DNA of 62,314 nt, counting the filler, from Streblomastix strix (lineage: Eukaryota), in NCBI GenBank assembly GCA_008636045.1. It is 3 parts of 3 records of this genome, joined end to end, with 100 filler letters (N's around TTAATTAATTAA, not from the genome) between each part and the next. Parts side by side here need not be neighbours in the genome. Positions count along the whole stretch, not along the records: positions 20,823 to 41,532 come from SNRW01000419.1; 2 more parts are not named here. One strand, written 5' to 3'. The notes beneath the pieces were generated by a model, which saw only the letters and a program-made list of their open reading frames with translations, made no database searches and was not told where the DNA came from. The stretch's first letter is position 1. Every line of letters starts with the position of its first letter. Positions 25,300 to 39,091 of the stretch are shown here, in pieces. The position numbers were made by a program, and so were the translations under genes.

Positions 25300-27792
25300 A
25301 ATATTCAAAAAAGTCCATTTACTCTACTGATTCACAGCAACTTCAATTTTTCCCATCATTATTTGATAAATAAATGTTAAATGGGAAATAAATAACAATA
25401 AAATTTGATCTTGCGATTAGATTATTAAGAAAATTAGAAAGTGCTCAAAAATTGTTACCACGCGATTGTTTGATTGCTATATTGTTATATATTTGGAAAA
25501 TAATAATAATGATGTGTTTAGACTCTGAAATTAGAGTATCAATGAAAAAATCTTCAAATAGCTAAGAAAATGCAGTGAACGGTTTCTAACTCCAAATTTG
25601 ATTTCTTCTTCTTTTTAGCTACTTAACAATTTTCGGGATTTACTATTTATTTTTTTAATTAAATATATATTAACTAATTTATTAGGATTAAAGTTAAAAT
25701 TGAATTAATTTTTTATGTAATATTTTTCCAATTTTTGTTGACATTCTCGAATATTACAATTATATTATCTCAATAGAACCATTCTTATCCAATTTAAATT
25801 ATATATCTTTTGTAAAGACAATTAAAGAGTTCTTCTTAAAGGACATTTTTTTCTCCTAAAGAGGACCATATTTAGCATTTGCCTTCTCAATAACTCCGAT
25901 TGGAAAATATCGCTAATATAATCATGATCTTAGAAATAATACTCATTTTTCACCTCTAAAAATAACTAAATATTAAATTAAACTATATGATGATTTTTAA
26001 TAAAGAATATCATTCATTTTATGTCACTAAGTTCAATTAATCACCCTAATGGAAATTAATTGAGAAATAAACAATGAAGAATTAAATATAATTAATAAAG
26101 AGAAAATAAATAATATTTCATAAGATGTAAATTAAATTAATTAATATTCATCATCATCTTCAAATTTTATATATCTACAAATAAAAATAATTAAATATTT
26201 TCATCAACATCCACATAACATCACTTTCCAATAATTTTAATATTATAATCATAGACATTTTCTTATAAATTAACTAATAATAAAAATTAGTTATAAAATA
26301 ATTAAATATTAACTGAAAGAACATTAATTCTTTCTATTCTATAAATGATTATCATTCAAACCAAATTGTAATTTGGTAAAAAATTAAATTTAGAATCTTT
26401 ATTCAAAAGTTAATTTAAAAAAAGAAAATGTTTTTGGTTAGTTAGAAAATAATTAAATTAGTTCAGAAGAGTAATTGAATTAAAAAATTAATAATTAATT
26501 TAAACAATCTCTATAAGATGATCAATTATTGCAACTATAATCAGTAAAAAATGATAATTCAACTAAATAATAAATATTTGCAAAAGATAAAAAGTAAATA
26601 ATAACAGAAAATATTGACTTTTGATTGGATTAAAAGACATAAAAAAAACAGATTAAAAAAAGATAGAAACAAGGAATAAGAACTAATATATTTGAAAGTC
26701 AATCAATAGAAAATGAAGAAAACGAAATTACAGAAGAAGTAGAGAAAAATGAAAATAAAAAAATAGAAAAGGTAGAAGAAATATTCAAATTGATGATGAT
26801 ACATCAATGGAAGATAATGATAAAAATGAAATTAAAAAAAGTTGAGGAACAAGAAATATTCAATTTGATGATGAGTCGACAGATGAAAGAATGAATTGTA
26901 AAAAAAAATAATAGAAGGAAGAAGAAATGAAAAAGATATAGGTGAAATCTTATCTGAAGGAATGATTGTTTAAAAGAAGAAATCAATGAAAAGAAGAAAA
27001 ATTAATAATGAAGTAAAAAATGAAAAAAAATAAAAAGAAAAAGAGAAATTAATGAATGAAGAAATAATATAAAAAGTAAAATATAAACCTTTTGAGTATA
27101 ATGATGAAGAAGATGATGATGAAGATGATCTTTAAACGGATAGCGAAGATTTTGCATCTGAAGAAATAAACAATATTGATGATGATGAAGAATATTAATA
27201 GACAATTAATGATGAGGAAAAAGAAGAAATTCTTGAACAATGATTACATATATAAGGAAGGAAAACAAATTTAGATGCGTAAGTTTCAAAATTATTAAAT
27301 TCTTCTTAGAAGGACATAACATTGGAAAACGAGGAAGTTGATAATGAAAATCTGTCAGCACATGAGATAATATAATTATAAAATTGGAATTAATTAAAAT
27401 TTGAAAAAAGTGAGGAAATAATTAATAATGTACATATAATTCAAATGATAAAACGACAACAATTTAAGAAAGAGAGAGAAACAATAAAATAATTAAATAA
27501 TTAAAATGAATCAATAAGAAAATCAACAAAATAGAAATTTAAACAATTTTTTGCAGAGGAATCAGATTAAGAATTAGAATTCGGATCATTATAATATTGA
27601 AAATTCTAAAAAATAAATCCAGATTGTGGCTATTGTTGCGATTTTTCATTTAGGTCATTATCATGCCCAGCTACAGAAGCTTTCGGTGAACGTAATTTCT
27701 CCTAAGATAGAAGAATATTTGGATAAGATAATTTAAATTTTAAATAAAAAACTGTTGAAGAAATAAGTTAAATTTCGCATGATAAAGATTGA
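25300..27792 (+). pseudogene. hAT-superfamily transposase relic with long acidic insertion
   Basis: C-terminal dimerisation-domain motif SLSCPATEAFGERNFS..RRI at ~27655-27720; Glu/Asp-rich tract at 26690-27350; 5' boundary uncertain. Confidence 0.55.
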
Positions 27793-28599
27793 TTTTGAAT
27801 TATGCAATTAATTTGAAGAAATTTGTGAATTAAATTAACAAATTAATTAAACTTTATATAATATATTGTTAAATATTCAAAATTTTATTATATATATTTC
27901 ATTTCTTACACAAATTTCGTACTGAAATCTCAAAAATTCTTTTCATATAAAAATTTTCATCTTCATTTATTTTTTTTATTAAACTGTATTAATTTTCAAC
28001 CAATATCTGAATTTAAAATTAATTTATGATAATTTCCTTTTAAACATGTTCTTAATCAAAAATATCATAAATTGATTCAATTTCAAACATCTCTCATTGA
28101 GATAATAGATTTAAACATTAATAGTAGAAAGTTAGAATAAAATAAATCACTAATAATGATCCTTAAACTGAAATATCTTAAATCAAAAAAGTTCAATCTT
28201 TCTTCAATTTCTCTACTGATTATTTCTTCATCAAATAATTAAGATAATTATTAAATTTCAATTTAAACTCCTTCAACTTAAACTCATATCAAAACAATAT
28301 TTCATTCCACATTAAAAACAAACTCAAAAATAAATAGAACTTTAACAAAATAACAACATATAATTAATAAAAATTCTCCAACAAAAAGGCATCTGTCAAA
28401 TGTATGAAATAAAATTTTAAAGAAATAGAGTCATTTAGGTTTATATATATTATCCTCTTCAGGAATTATATTGCAAATTTCAATAATCATTATAAACTAT
28501 TAAATTAATTCATAATCAAGAATAAAGCAATATTTCTAAAGAATTGAAATATAATAATTATAAAATAAAAGAAAAACATTTAAAAAAACTAAACATATA

Positions 28600-29310
28600 A
28601 TAAATACTGAGCATGATGTGAAAATAACAATTCAACTTGGTATTATCTTAGAATATGTTGATTTGAATAAATATACTCCATTTAATGAATTATCAAAAGA
28701 ACTGATCTAACTTGTTTATTAATTAAGTTAATATGGATCTGCAGAACAAACCCATCAAATGTTCCAGTTTGGAATAATTCAAGCTCTCATACCAGCACTT
28801 AAGAATAAAGATTATGAAATTCATAAAATTATTCTATTGACTTTCTGAAGAATCATTTAGAAAAGATGGAAATAATCTTAGTCATCTTCTTCAAATTTAC
28901 AATAATTTCTACCTTTTTATCATCCATCTCTTACAATTCTTGAAAAAGATGAAATAATAAAATAAATAATTGAAATAATCTTATTTAATAAAGAAATTGA
29001 TACTGAAAATATAAAGAAGCAATCTAACTTCTGAATGAAATTTATATTGAAGGTTTCAAAATTCCAACTGATCTTCAGTAGTCAGTAATTGTAATAATAA
29101 TTTAAACTGTCAAATCTGATGACGAAAACAAATAATAATTTATTATAGTCTTTTTTATTTCTGCTTTTTTTAAAAAAGGTCTTATTTTTAATATAAATTT
29201 AAGAAATTTTAGTAAATATTAAAATGTTTCTTTTATTATATTTTAATTATTAAATATTTATTAGAAAATATTGATGAAATCATAGAAAATGATGGAATTG
29301 AATTTTTATC
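28600..29310 (+). pseudogene. Host ARM/HEAT-like helical protein relic
   Basis: LIQLVYQLSQYGSAEQTHQMFQFGIIQALIPALKNKDYEI..., probable intron ~29179-29263, then ENIDEIIENDGIEFL; internal TGAs. Confidence 0.4.
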
Positions 29311-29533
29311 TGGATTCATCTCCAGTTTTAGTTTTTCCTACATTCCATTTGCATTCATCGTTTGTGGGCTTGATTGAGGTGAATCCACTAGGAATAGATA
29401 GTATATTTGCAGCAATACTATTAATATTATTGCCTTTGAAAGCAGATCTTTGCTCTTATGGACGGGCAGGAGGCTGTGGAATGAAATCCACGCACAGCAC
29501 AGCAGACACAGCTAAAAGAAGCATAAAATGCAT
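29310..29533 (-). CDS. 5' fragment of a secreted/surface host protein
   Basis: MHFMLLLAVSAVLCVDFIPQPPARPQ: signal-peptide-like start in a higher-GC island; continuation unclear. Confidence 0.5.
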
Positions 29534-29972
29534 CTAAATATACAAAAAATAAATACAAAAAAAAATAAAATGTACAAGTCAAAAAAATAATATATCAAAT
29601 TGATGTATTTTATAGTTTGAAAATTAATTTTTTTTGCATTAAGTATAACTTTGTGTATTGATAATTTCAAAACTTAAAATTTTAATTATTTAATAAAAAA
29701 AATTCTTTTTATGTGAATTTTAATTAATTGGATCCCTCTAATATTCATGTGTGGAGACTAAATTTAGAAAATGTTTTGTAGGATCCTGGCTTAGCAAAGC
29801 GTATTTATTCAAATTCATTCTATAAATAATAACTATATGTGATTTATTGAGTGAATTAAGTAGTTGAATGTATTGCAAATTATCATATATAAAATTAATG
29901 TAAAAATAAATTATATAATTTTTAGGTGATAAAGCGTTCAAAGTTGATAAAATTAAATTAGTGGTTTTTATT

Positions 29973-31058
29973 ATGAATATGAATTTTGCATTTAAAAAGT
30001 AATTCAACGTCAATAATTTAGAGGAATAGTTCGAAGATAAAACTATTTCTTAATGGTATGAGATTTATCTTGAAAATTTTTAAAAGTATCATGCTGAACG
30101 ATTAAAGCACAATGTAAAACCATAGGCAAAACCTAAGATTTAATAAGAATCATAAAGAATTAAGAATCAATTTAAGACTAAAGTTAATGATAAAACTGAT
30201 ATAGTGCAAGACATTAAATTGAAACCATTAAAGAAGTATTAACGTCCATATTTTTCACCAGAATTAGGGAGCTGGGAAATAGATATTATATTTATAATGC
30301 ATGCAACAATTAATAAAGCAATTCAATAATATCTATTTTGTATTAATATTAACACTAAATATTTAGTAGTGTTTCCAATTAAAGGTAAATCAGCAAATGA
30401 ACTATTAAAGTGTATTAAATAATTAAAATCTAACTAACTTGTTTCTAATATAAGATCAGATGGTGAATGAGCTTTGGGAAGTAAATAAATTAAGGATTAT
30501 TTAAAAGAGAATGACATAAATTTCTTCTATAATTCATCTCCTTTCGTTAATAAAAATAAAATAGTTGATTCAGTAGTTAGAACGATAAGGAATGCGTTTC
30601 AAAAAGATCTTTAACAAATAGCTAATAATAAGTAATTATAATAAGTTGTAGATGATTATAATAACACAAAACACACTGCTTTTTAAATAAAAATTCTCAC
30701 CTAAATAAGTAAATGAGAATGAAGATTTAGAAGGAATATACATTAGATAAAAAATGAAAGAATTAACTGATGTAAAAGAAAAACAATTCAAGGATAATCT
30801 ATAGGATCTAAAGAAAGGTAATATTATAACTGTACATCTTGATTTGAAATGACTGCTCATGGATTTGATAAATAACACAGATAATTTAATGAAATAGCTA
30901 CGTTTATAAAATATGAGCATGGAAATGTTGTTTGCGAACTATTGAAACCGTATAATGATATTAGGATTGTGGAAGTACCAATTTATTATATTCGTAAGGT
31001 TGCAAATATAATTGAAACATTAAAAGATAAATATAAGCAAACTTTTAAATTAGTTTGA
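29973..31058 (+). pseudogene. rve integrase copy 2
   Basis: RPYFSPELGSWEIDII, YLFCININTKYLVVFPIKGKS, IRSDGE, NKIVDSVVRTIRN and VVDDYNNTKHTAF; internal TGAs and a frameshift near the 3' end. Confidence 0.88.
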
Positions 31059-31078
31059 TATTTTTTCTAGATAAATAA

Positions 31079-31330
31079 ATGGACACAGAAAACTAAAAAT
31101 TTAATTAGAAAGTCAGCAGACCAAAGAAAAATTTTACTGAATAAGAAACATAAGAAATAGCTAAGAAATAAAGTGTTGAAGCTAAGAAGAGATAACGTTT
31201 AAAGTAAAAATAATTTAAAGAATAACTCTCTATTAAGCAATCAAGAATAATGGATATATTTAATAAAACAATAATATCAGATGATTTTTTAAAGCAAATT
31301 TCTCAATTAATTGAAGATCCAAATCTTTGA
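31079..31330 (+). pseudogene. Small basic protein downstream of integrase
   Basis: MDTENQKFNQKVSRPKKNFTEQETQEIAKKQSVEAKKRQR; probable frameshift. Confidence 0.45.
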
Positions 31331-31338
31331 TCAGAATT

Positions 31339-32355
31339 TCATTTCTTTTTTCTTCTAATTTTATTTTTAAGTTTTGCTTATGCTTTTAATGTGCTTTTCA
31401 ATTCTTTATTTGATATATATTTTTTCAATTTTTTTGGTTAGTTTACTTATTCGTCGTATGACATAGGTTTTTTCTTTGCATATACAGATAATCCTTAATC
31501 AATTACTCTATAACCTAAATCATTTATTTGAGCAAATGATTTTTTATTATTGTGAAGATTAACTGATTCTTATCCCCAATTTAATCCTTCAATATATTAA
31601 AATTCTCTATTGGTTTCTGCATTATCTTCTTCAAGTTCTTTTTTTTCTTATTCCTCATCCTTTTCATCTTCGATATCTTCCTATGTAGCATCAACTTATT
31701 GAGCAAAATCAGTTTATTAATCTGTGTTTTGAGAGTTAGGGTTTAGTTCCTATTTTGGTTATATTTAGTAACGATTATATCCTCCAAATAATTCCATTCT
31801 TTCATCATCACTATCTTTTATACTATGATCAGGAGCTGATGGTTCAATTTTACTTGGACCTCGTTGTGATGGTTAATCTAATCGATCATTGATGTTTAAA
31901 TTTTAATTGAAATTGGCTTCTTATTATGATTATAACTATTATGGTGCCAAAATTTATTACATCAATTATTATGTTTAAATAGCATCTGCAACTAAAACTG
32001 TTGGGTCAAAAGATCCATATATTCTTTCTTTTCTAACGGTACCTTTTAATCCTTATATTCCAGCTTCAGGTTCATAAGCTGGAACACTATTATTTACTTG
32101 GTGTATCTACCTTAATAATGCTTAATAATCTGATTATTTCATTCTACCTTCAGCTTACTAATATTTTCCTAAATTCAGTAAAATTTATGGAACTTTTGCT
32201 ATATTTTATGGATTAACAGTTTGTCTTAAATGTGTAAATGGTTTCTTTAATTACATATATTTGTTTGCATTATTTGCAGTTGGTTTATTCTTCGGTCGTC
32301 CATTGAATCGTTTAGGATCAGACGGTTTATCTTTTTTATTTTCACGTTTTGACAT
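31339..32355 (-). CDS. Uncharacterised element protein, 338 aa, intact
   Basis: ATG..TGA frame open with TAR=Gln; basic N- and C-termini (..KNKIRRKKK) and an acidic centre. Confidence 0.75.
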
Positions 32356-32392
32356 TCTAATTATAGTTAATTATTATTTTAGTAATAAACAA

Positions 32393-32491
32393 ATGGAAAC
32401 AAAATAATAACCTAATAAAGGTAATGCAAATTGTTAGGACATTCTGATTATCATTTCAAGCATTTTGTTAATAATTACTTTATTAAAATGA
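32393..32491 (+). CDS. Putative 32-aa membrane peptide
   Basis: METKQQPNKGNANCQDILIIISSILLIITLLK*; fills the space between two element genes. Confidence 0.35.
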
Positions 32492-32532
32492 AATTAATTT
32501 TTTTAGATTCCATAGTTAATGAGTTATATCGA

Positions 32533-33390
32533 ATGATTAGATTAATACGATTATATTGCCTTATATCAAATAATTATATTACTTCAATTGAGCCAAAATA
32601 TTTTACATAAGGCAGTGGCCTATCAATAAAATATCTATTTGGTAAGTAAGTTGATATAAATGCTAATGGAACATTTACTACTTCGGATTCTTAACCAATT
32701 AATGTATAATAATTAGCAATGTAATAAATCATTAAAAATATTAATACATTTCATGTGATGATTATCAATTCATTGCCCGCTCTTAGTACTGCTGAATGGT
32801 AAAATATTTATACAGCTGTTGGAAGAACTAATTACTATGGATAATTCATTCCATAAGTTGCAACTGATTATTGTTAGTAAAATAACTTATATTGGTTTTC
32901 TAATCGTATACTTTTATCTCCAAATCTTTACGTTCAATTAGTTGGTGGATAAGATCTATATGATGGATTGAACGAAAATGGAGCTAATTATTTAGTTAAT
33001 TTATCATCAGCTATTAAATAAATTGATCTTGAAGTATGGTTTTATTAAATTAAACATAATAATGAAAGCTTAGAAGTTGATCTTCCGATATTCTGTCCAT
33101 ATATCGGAAATTTTCTAGAAAATCTATAAATGCTGATAATTTGTGTATCTAATTAGTTATAAGGTATAACGCTACAATCATCAGGAGGTAATGGATTTTC
33201 TAATGTATGTTTCAAATAGAATTTGGTTGATGCACCAGTATTATGGGGATAGAATATGATGAGTCAGTAATGTCTTGTGGGATAGAACAAATCGTAAGTG
33301 TTTACATTGTATGATAACTTTGGGAGAAAGATACCTATGCAATATATGGATATGTATAATAATTTACTTCTCGAGATATAATTTTAATGA
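32533..33390 (+). CDS. Putative minor capsid protein (penton), 285 aa, open frame
   Basis: No in-frame TGA; the C-terminus VFTLYDNFGRKIPM...NNLLLEIQF fits the Polinton/virophage penton terminal pattern. Confidence 0.55.
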
Positions 33391-33424
33391 CCTGTCAAAA
33401 TAAATTATTTTTATTTTAAATAAA

Positions 33425-36400
33425 ATGTCTTATATAAAGAAACTGGAGCTAATCAAATTTCTCAAAATCAACAACAAAAACATTAACGAAACATTAAAAA
33501 TAAATTAACTTAAAGATTAACTCAATGAATATTTAGACAAAATTAATTATAAGAAGAGAAGAAGAAATAACTACAATGAATTGAAAACACATCTAAAATA
33601 AATATATAAATACAATCAGTAAATCATTAAAGCTAAAAATTTGGTTAATCATTTCAAATAGAATCAATATGATTAAGATTTATAGAAAAATCGTATAGAA
33701 TAATTGTAACAATAAGCGGATTTTTATTATGATGATTTATAAGATTATAATCAATAATTACATTAAGATTTAACTCATTATCACTCAAATTAATATGAAT
33801 AAGATTTATAAGAATATCGTAGAGGATAAGAATAACAATAAGCTGATGATTATTGGACTGATTATATCATCTAATAACAAGAGTAAGCTTAAAGAATTAT
33901 GGATGAAAAATACTAATCGATTCTACAATATTAAATATCTATCAAACAAAATAAAGAGATTAAAGATAGAATTAATCAGTTTATTGGGAAAAAGTAAGAG
34001 AAATAGATAATGATACAAGTACTCTATTATATTTTCTTCCTGAGAATATGGAATAATTTATGGGTAAAGTTTAAAATGCAAGATAAAGATTTGCTCGTGA
34101 ACGTACAATAGAATAAACAGAACCAAATGGATAACTTAGCCAATTGTATTACTAAAATTTTATCTCATCATTATCAGATTTTGATGAATTTGTTGATAAA
34201 GTTTATGTGGAATAGTTCCAATAAGCGTTCAAGATACAATTCAATTTTGGAGTCATTTACGAAGAATATAAGTATGATTAGTATGATTTCGTCTATTCTG
34301 ATTATGGATATATATTACCTAGAGATACTCGTATTTAAGAACATGCTCCTAAAGTTATATAATCTGTAAATGATATTAATGAGTATAAATAATACATTAA
34401 ATCTGAGATAATAAATATGTAGAGTTATACATTAGAGAGTGCAAGATAACGATACATAGCTATCTATTCAATGCTAATCAAAACATATAATCTTTAATCA
34501 TGAATTGTTGGAGCTAGTATGAAAGAATTAATCGATTTTCATTGTAATGGACGCAAAAATGTTACATATAAAAATACTGGAAATAATAACAATTGTTAAA
34601 TGGAAGCAATAGCAAAAGTATTTCATTCTGATTCAAAGGAAAAACATTATTGTAATAATGAAATTATCAGCATTAGCAAGCAACTATTAGCTTAAGTATT
34701 AGAGCTACCATTTGATTCAAAGTGTTGAAAAATGTCAGATTTATTGAAATCATTTGATGGATTAGATATAACTAAATAAGCTAATATAGTATTATAAAAG
34801 TTAAAAATTAACTAAGACATTTATTATTACGATAATGAACATAAGAATTATTATAGGGGATTGTAAGTATATTATTAGGATGAAATATAAGAATATATCA
34901 AAACATCCTTACATTAAGAGACTAAAACTATTGATATATTAGTTGTTGAATCTATTTGGGAAGGGAATAAGATATCACATGCTTTCGCAATTGCTAATAA
35001 ATAAGCATTTACATGATTGGAATTTTGCACACATTGTAACTCAAAAGTATTTGATCTTAAAGATAAAAATTACTCAAGAGACTATGAGAAACACATTATT
35101 AAATGTGAAAATAACGAAGGAAAAATAGTTAAGAAAGTTAAACTGGATTATATCTAAAAGCCATTTGTTCCACACATTATGCAGAATAAGACTTATTAAC
35201 ATCTACTAGCAAATGGAAGATAAAATGAATATAAACCTACACAATACTTCATCACATATGATCTTGAAACAGTTCTTAAAATCGTTAATAAAAAGTTTGG
35301 TAAATCATGCTATTAAATGTATGAACTATTTCCTTTATCAGTTGCATCAACTATTCGTAAAAAATATAGGATTACGAAGATATTCTTTAGCTAATAGGAT
35401 AGAGATGATTTTATAGTTTAATGGTTACATTAATTGTTTAAGGAAGCTGAGTAAGTTAGTGCTGACAACTAATATATCACAGAAGCCTGTACAATTGACG
35501 AATCAATTCCTTATTCAATGGAAGTGCCAATTGTAGGATTCAATAGCTCAAGATTTGATATGTCATTAATTATATCATATATGTAATGTAAAGATTGGAC
35601 AATCAGTAATTATACAGGTAGTGCTTCAACATCTAAGTAAGTAATTGTATATCATAAAAAATTGAATTTGAAAGTGAAATTTGTTGATATGTTAATTATC
35701 TTTAACCAATGGAACTAAAGTAAGCAGCTACAGATTTTTGTGATGGTTATGATGACAAAAGAGGCTTTTTTCATTATGAAGCTTTCAATGCCGATAACGT
35801 TAATGAAGTACTAAGTAAATCAGAACAATTTACGATGGGAGATTTCAACTCACCATTAAAGAATACTAAAATTAGTTAGAAGGATTATCAAATTTAACTA
35901 GAAGATGCAAAACGATTTAAAAATAGATGGGACTATTTACAATACTATAACGAATAAGATACTTATATAATGATCAAACCGTTAATGACTCTAATTAGCC
36001 TACAATTTAAATATAAGATTGATATGTTTAGTTTCATGAGTTTGGCTGCATGTTCTAATGTTATCAAATATGCTAAAGCCTATGATGATTTTGACATTAA
36101 TGGAGTATATCCTAATTTTGAAGAATAGTCATAGAAATTTTAGTTAACAGAGAACTATTGGTAGAGTAAAATGAAAGGATATTATTCTTAACATAAACAT
36201 TAAAGAAGAGAGACAACAAATAATGTATAAGATAGTGATTTCTAATATTTCAAACAATTATTCAAAGATTCTAATTATTGCATTTGTGGATGTAAATTCA
36301 TTTTTGCTAATAAACCAACATTAGATAGAATCAACAATTTAAACGGTCATTCGAAAGATAACGTTCAACCCGTTTGTTTATACTGTAATTGCATTTGTTC

Positions 36401-38022
36401 TAACAAAGATAAAAATTTTGGTAAATTGTTCATATATTTACGTAAATATTGCATGATAAGAAGTTTGCCAACTAATCTAACAGATATTGATGTATATCAT
36501 TTAATCAGGAAATGGATCACAGGTGGATTATCAAATGTAATGCATCGAGTTAATAGATCATGAATTGATTTTATAAAACGAATTTAATATGAAAAAGATA
36601 ACAAAAAGGTTACTGTTCTAACAACTGATCACCGAATAATTCATGTAGTTGGTGTTGATTTTAATTCTTTATATCCTAGTGTTATGTCATCAGAGTCTCA
36701 TAAATTTATTAAATAAACTGGTGGGAAAATGTAAGTGTGTGGATCATAAACAGGTAAGATTGAGGGAGAAACAGAACATTAAAAATAAACAATATAACAA
36801 ATAATTAATAACAAAAATAGATTTACAGCTAATGATCAATTATTCATAGCAGAAGTAAAAGGTCACATTTGAGAGAATTACCTTAACAATTTCATTAACC
36901 TCCTTCTTATTCTAAGGAATTATGAGTTCACAACTGATGGAAGAACTATCGGTAGTTATATGTATAATCATATGAAAAACAATAATGTTAAGACAGATTA
37001 AAAATAAAGAAAGTTAACTAATCTATCATCAACGATGGGAGAATTCATGGCATTTAGCTCATACTATTTATGATTCTTAATTGATGATTGCCATTTTATT
37101 ATAGATTATGTGAAATAGATAGGGTTATTCAATAAACATGATTAATTCAATTCGTTTATTAAAAAATTTACTAAAAACAGAATTGAAGAAAAATTAGATG
37201 AGAATAAGGGATAAGAATAATTCTTTAAGATAATTATGAATAGTTCTTATGGTAGTGATGGAATGAATACAGAGAAATATTATAAAGTAAAAATAATGAA
37301 TAGGAAGTAAACAGAAAGAGCAATTAGATCTAATGCAATCATGGACGAACAAAAGATATCTGAAGACAACTATCTTGTATAAATGAATCCAGAGCATTGC
37401 AGTTGTAAAACACCATTATAAGTAGCATTCTTTGCATTGGATAATGCCAAATACTGGTATCTAAATTTCATATATAATTTCATGTATAAATGCTTAGATA
37501 TGAATAGGGTACATTTTATTAAAGGAAATACTGATTCAGCTTATTGGGCAATTAGTGGAAATCCTAATGAAGATTTTACTTAGTAATTTAATGCTGTAAT
37601 TAAGGATAGAGATTTCTATAACGAATATTCTAAGTACTTCTTCCCTACAATTAGAGGAGATGTTTATGATGAGAAAAAAATCCTTGGATTAGTAATCGAA
37701 CGATAAGGTCCTTAAATGATTGCATTATCTCCAAAGATTATATCATTTTCAAAAATTATTTTGATGATTCAAAAATAAAATTAAAAGAGTTAATTAAAAG
37801 ACTTACAAGATCACTGAAGAACAGATTGTCGATTGCATTGATCAAGGTAAGATAACGAAATGAACTAATATGAGATTGGGTTAGAAGAATCATTAGATGA
37901 GTCAATTAGCTGATGAAAAAAATGGAATCACTGGTATACATAACAAAATGATTGTACTAGAGAATCAATCAAGCTATCCTTTTATGTATGGATTAACTGC
38001 TAAGGATTATTCATTTGAATGA
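33425..38022 (+). pseudogene. polB: pPolB copy 3, near full length (~1500 codons), with HNH insert
   Basis: YFITYDLETV, VPIVGFNSSRFD, WDYLQYYNEQD, CICGCKF..KPTLDRINN..GH..DNV..VCLYCN, RKWITGGLSNVMHR, VGVDFNSLYPS, FKIIMNSSYG and IKGNTDS; a few frameshifts and TGAs. Confidence 0.95.
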
Positions 38023-38025
38023 TTA

Positions 38026-39040
38026 TTTCATTTATTTTTGAGAATCTCAAATTTACCCATCCACTAATTTAATATAATAAACTCATATTTCTTTAATGTG
38101 TTGTATAGTAATTGAATCTCATCAAAGTCAAGGTTTTATATGTTATTTTCATCGTACACTTATCTTAGATCACTTTCACCAAGATTAACTCCCAAGCAAA
38201 TTACATGGATTAATATCCTTGCAGTCTTGAACGAATAAGTTGGTCGTTAAGCTATAAAGAAGATATTTTTTTTGAATGATGAGAATCACTAACGAGATGC
38301 GTTATTGTTTTAGATAGTTATGAACTGAATCGTTAAATGTCTGCATTAGATCCAATATCATCGAAGAGCATTAATGTATGGAGTATTTAAGCTTTTTCTA
38401 ATATTGGTATTTTCATCACCTTTACGTTAACTTAATCTTCATCTACTATTTTGAATTTCTTTTAGTAACTAACGTTTTGAATTAGTGCAGAGATATCGAA
38501 TCTCAATATCTTGGTTGGTTAACTATAAGTATTAATGGTTTCGATTACTTTTTATTTGAATAGTTCAGCAATTCTATTAAGATTATCATTAGTTTTTTCA
38601 TTATTTTTAATCTCATTAGCTTATAATATCTATTCTTCCATTCGCTTAATGAAATCGTTAGTATAAGATTATTTTTACTCATTCATTTTGTACGAAGGGT
38701 ACATTTCTTTAGTGGAATACTTTATTTCATCAAATTCAGGAAGAAATATCATTGCTTCTCCAAAAGTTACGTTCTTTAATTAAATACCCTTACTATTTAG
38801 GTTTAATGCCATAGTTTCATCCGCACCATAATTCGAGAAGTATAATATGAATGGATCAATTATTTTCTTATATATCATATCTAGCTCACACATTAATGTT
38901 GTTTTACCACTTCCAACAGCTCCCACAATATAATGATTTCCATTAATAAGGAACAATGAATTCTTCGTTAGTGGCTTAGTTTTATATTCGTTCAATAGGT
39001 CTTGATTAGTAAATGTTATATCTTATAATTCTTACAGTTA
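38026..39040 (-). pseudogene. A32/FtsK-like packaging ATPase copy 2
   Basis: Walker A YIVGAVGSGKTT, Walker B HTLMLFDDIG and FFIAQRPT...TAR arginine-finger region; disrupted, start not seen. Confidence 0.85.
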
Positions 39041-39091
39041 TATTTTCAAAAATAATATAATCACAGATTCTAGACTTTGAAAAAGTATAAA

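Noticed and set aside
20823..38022. TGA reassigned to Trp (all three stops recoded)
   Set aside because: In-frame TGAs replace Arg, Gly and Trp inconsistently and co-occur with frameshifts; host exons lack internal TGA and end in TGA.
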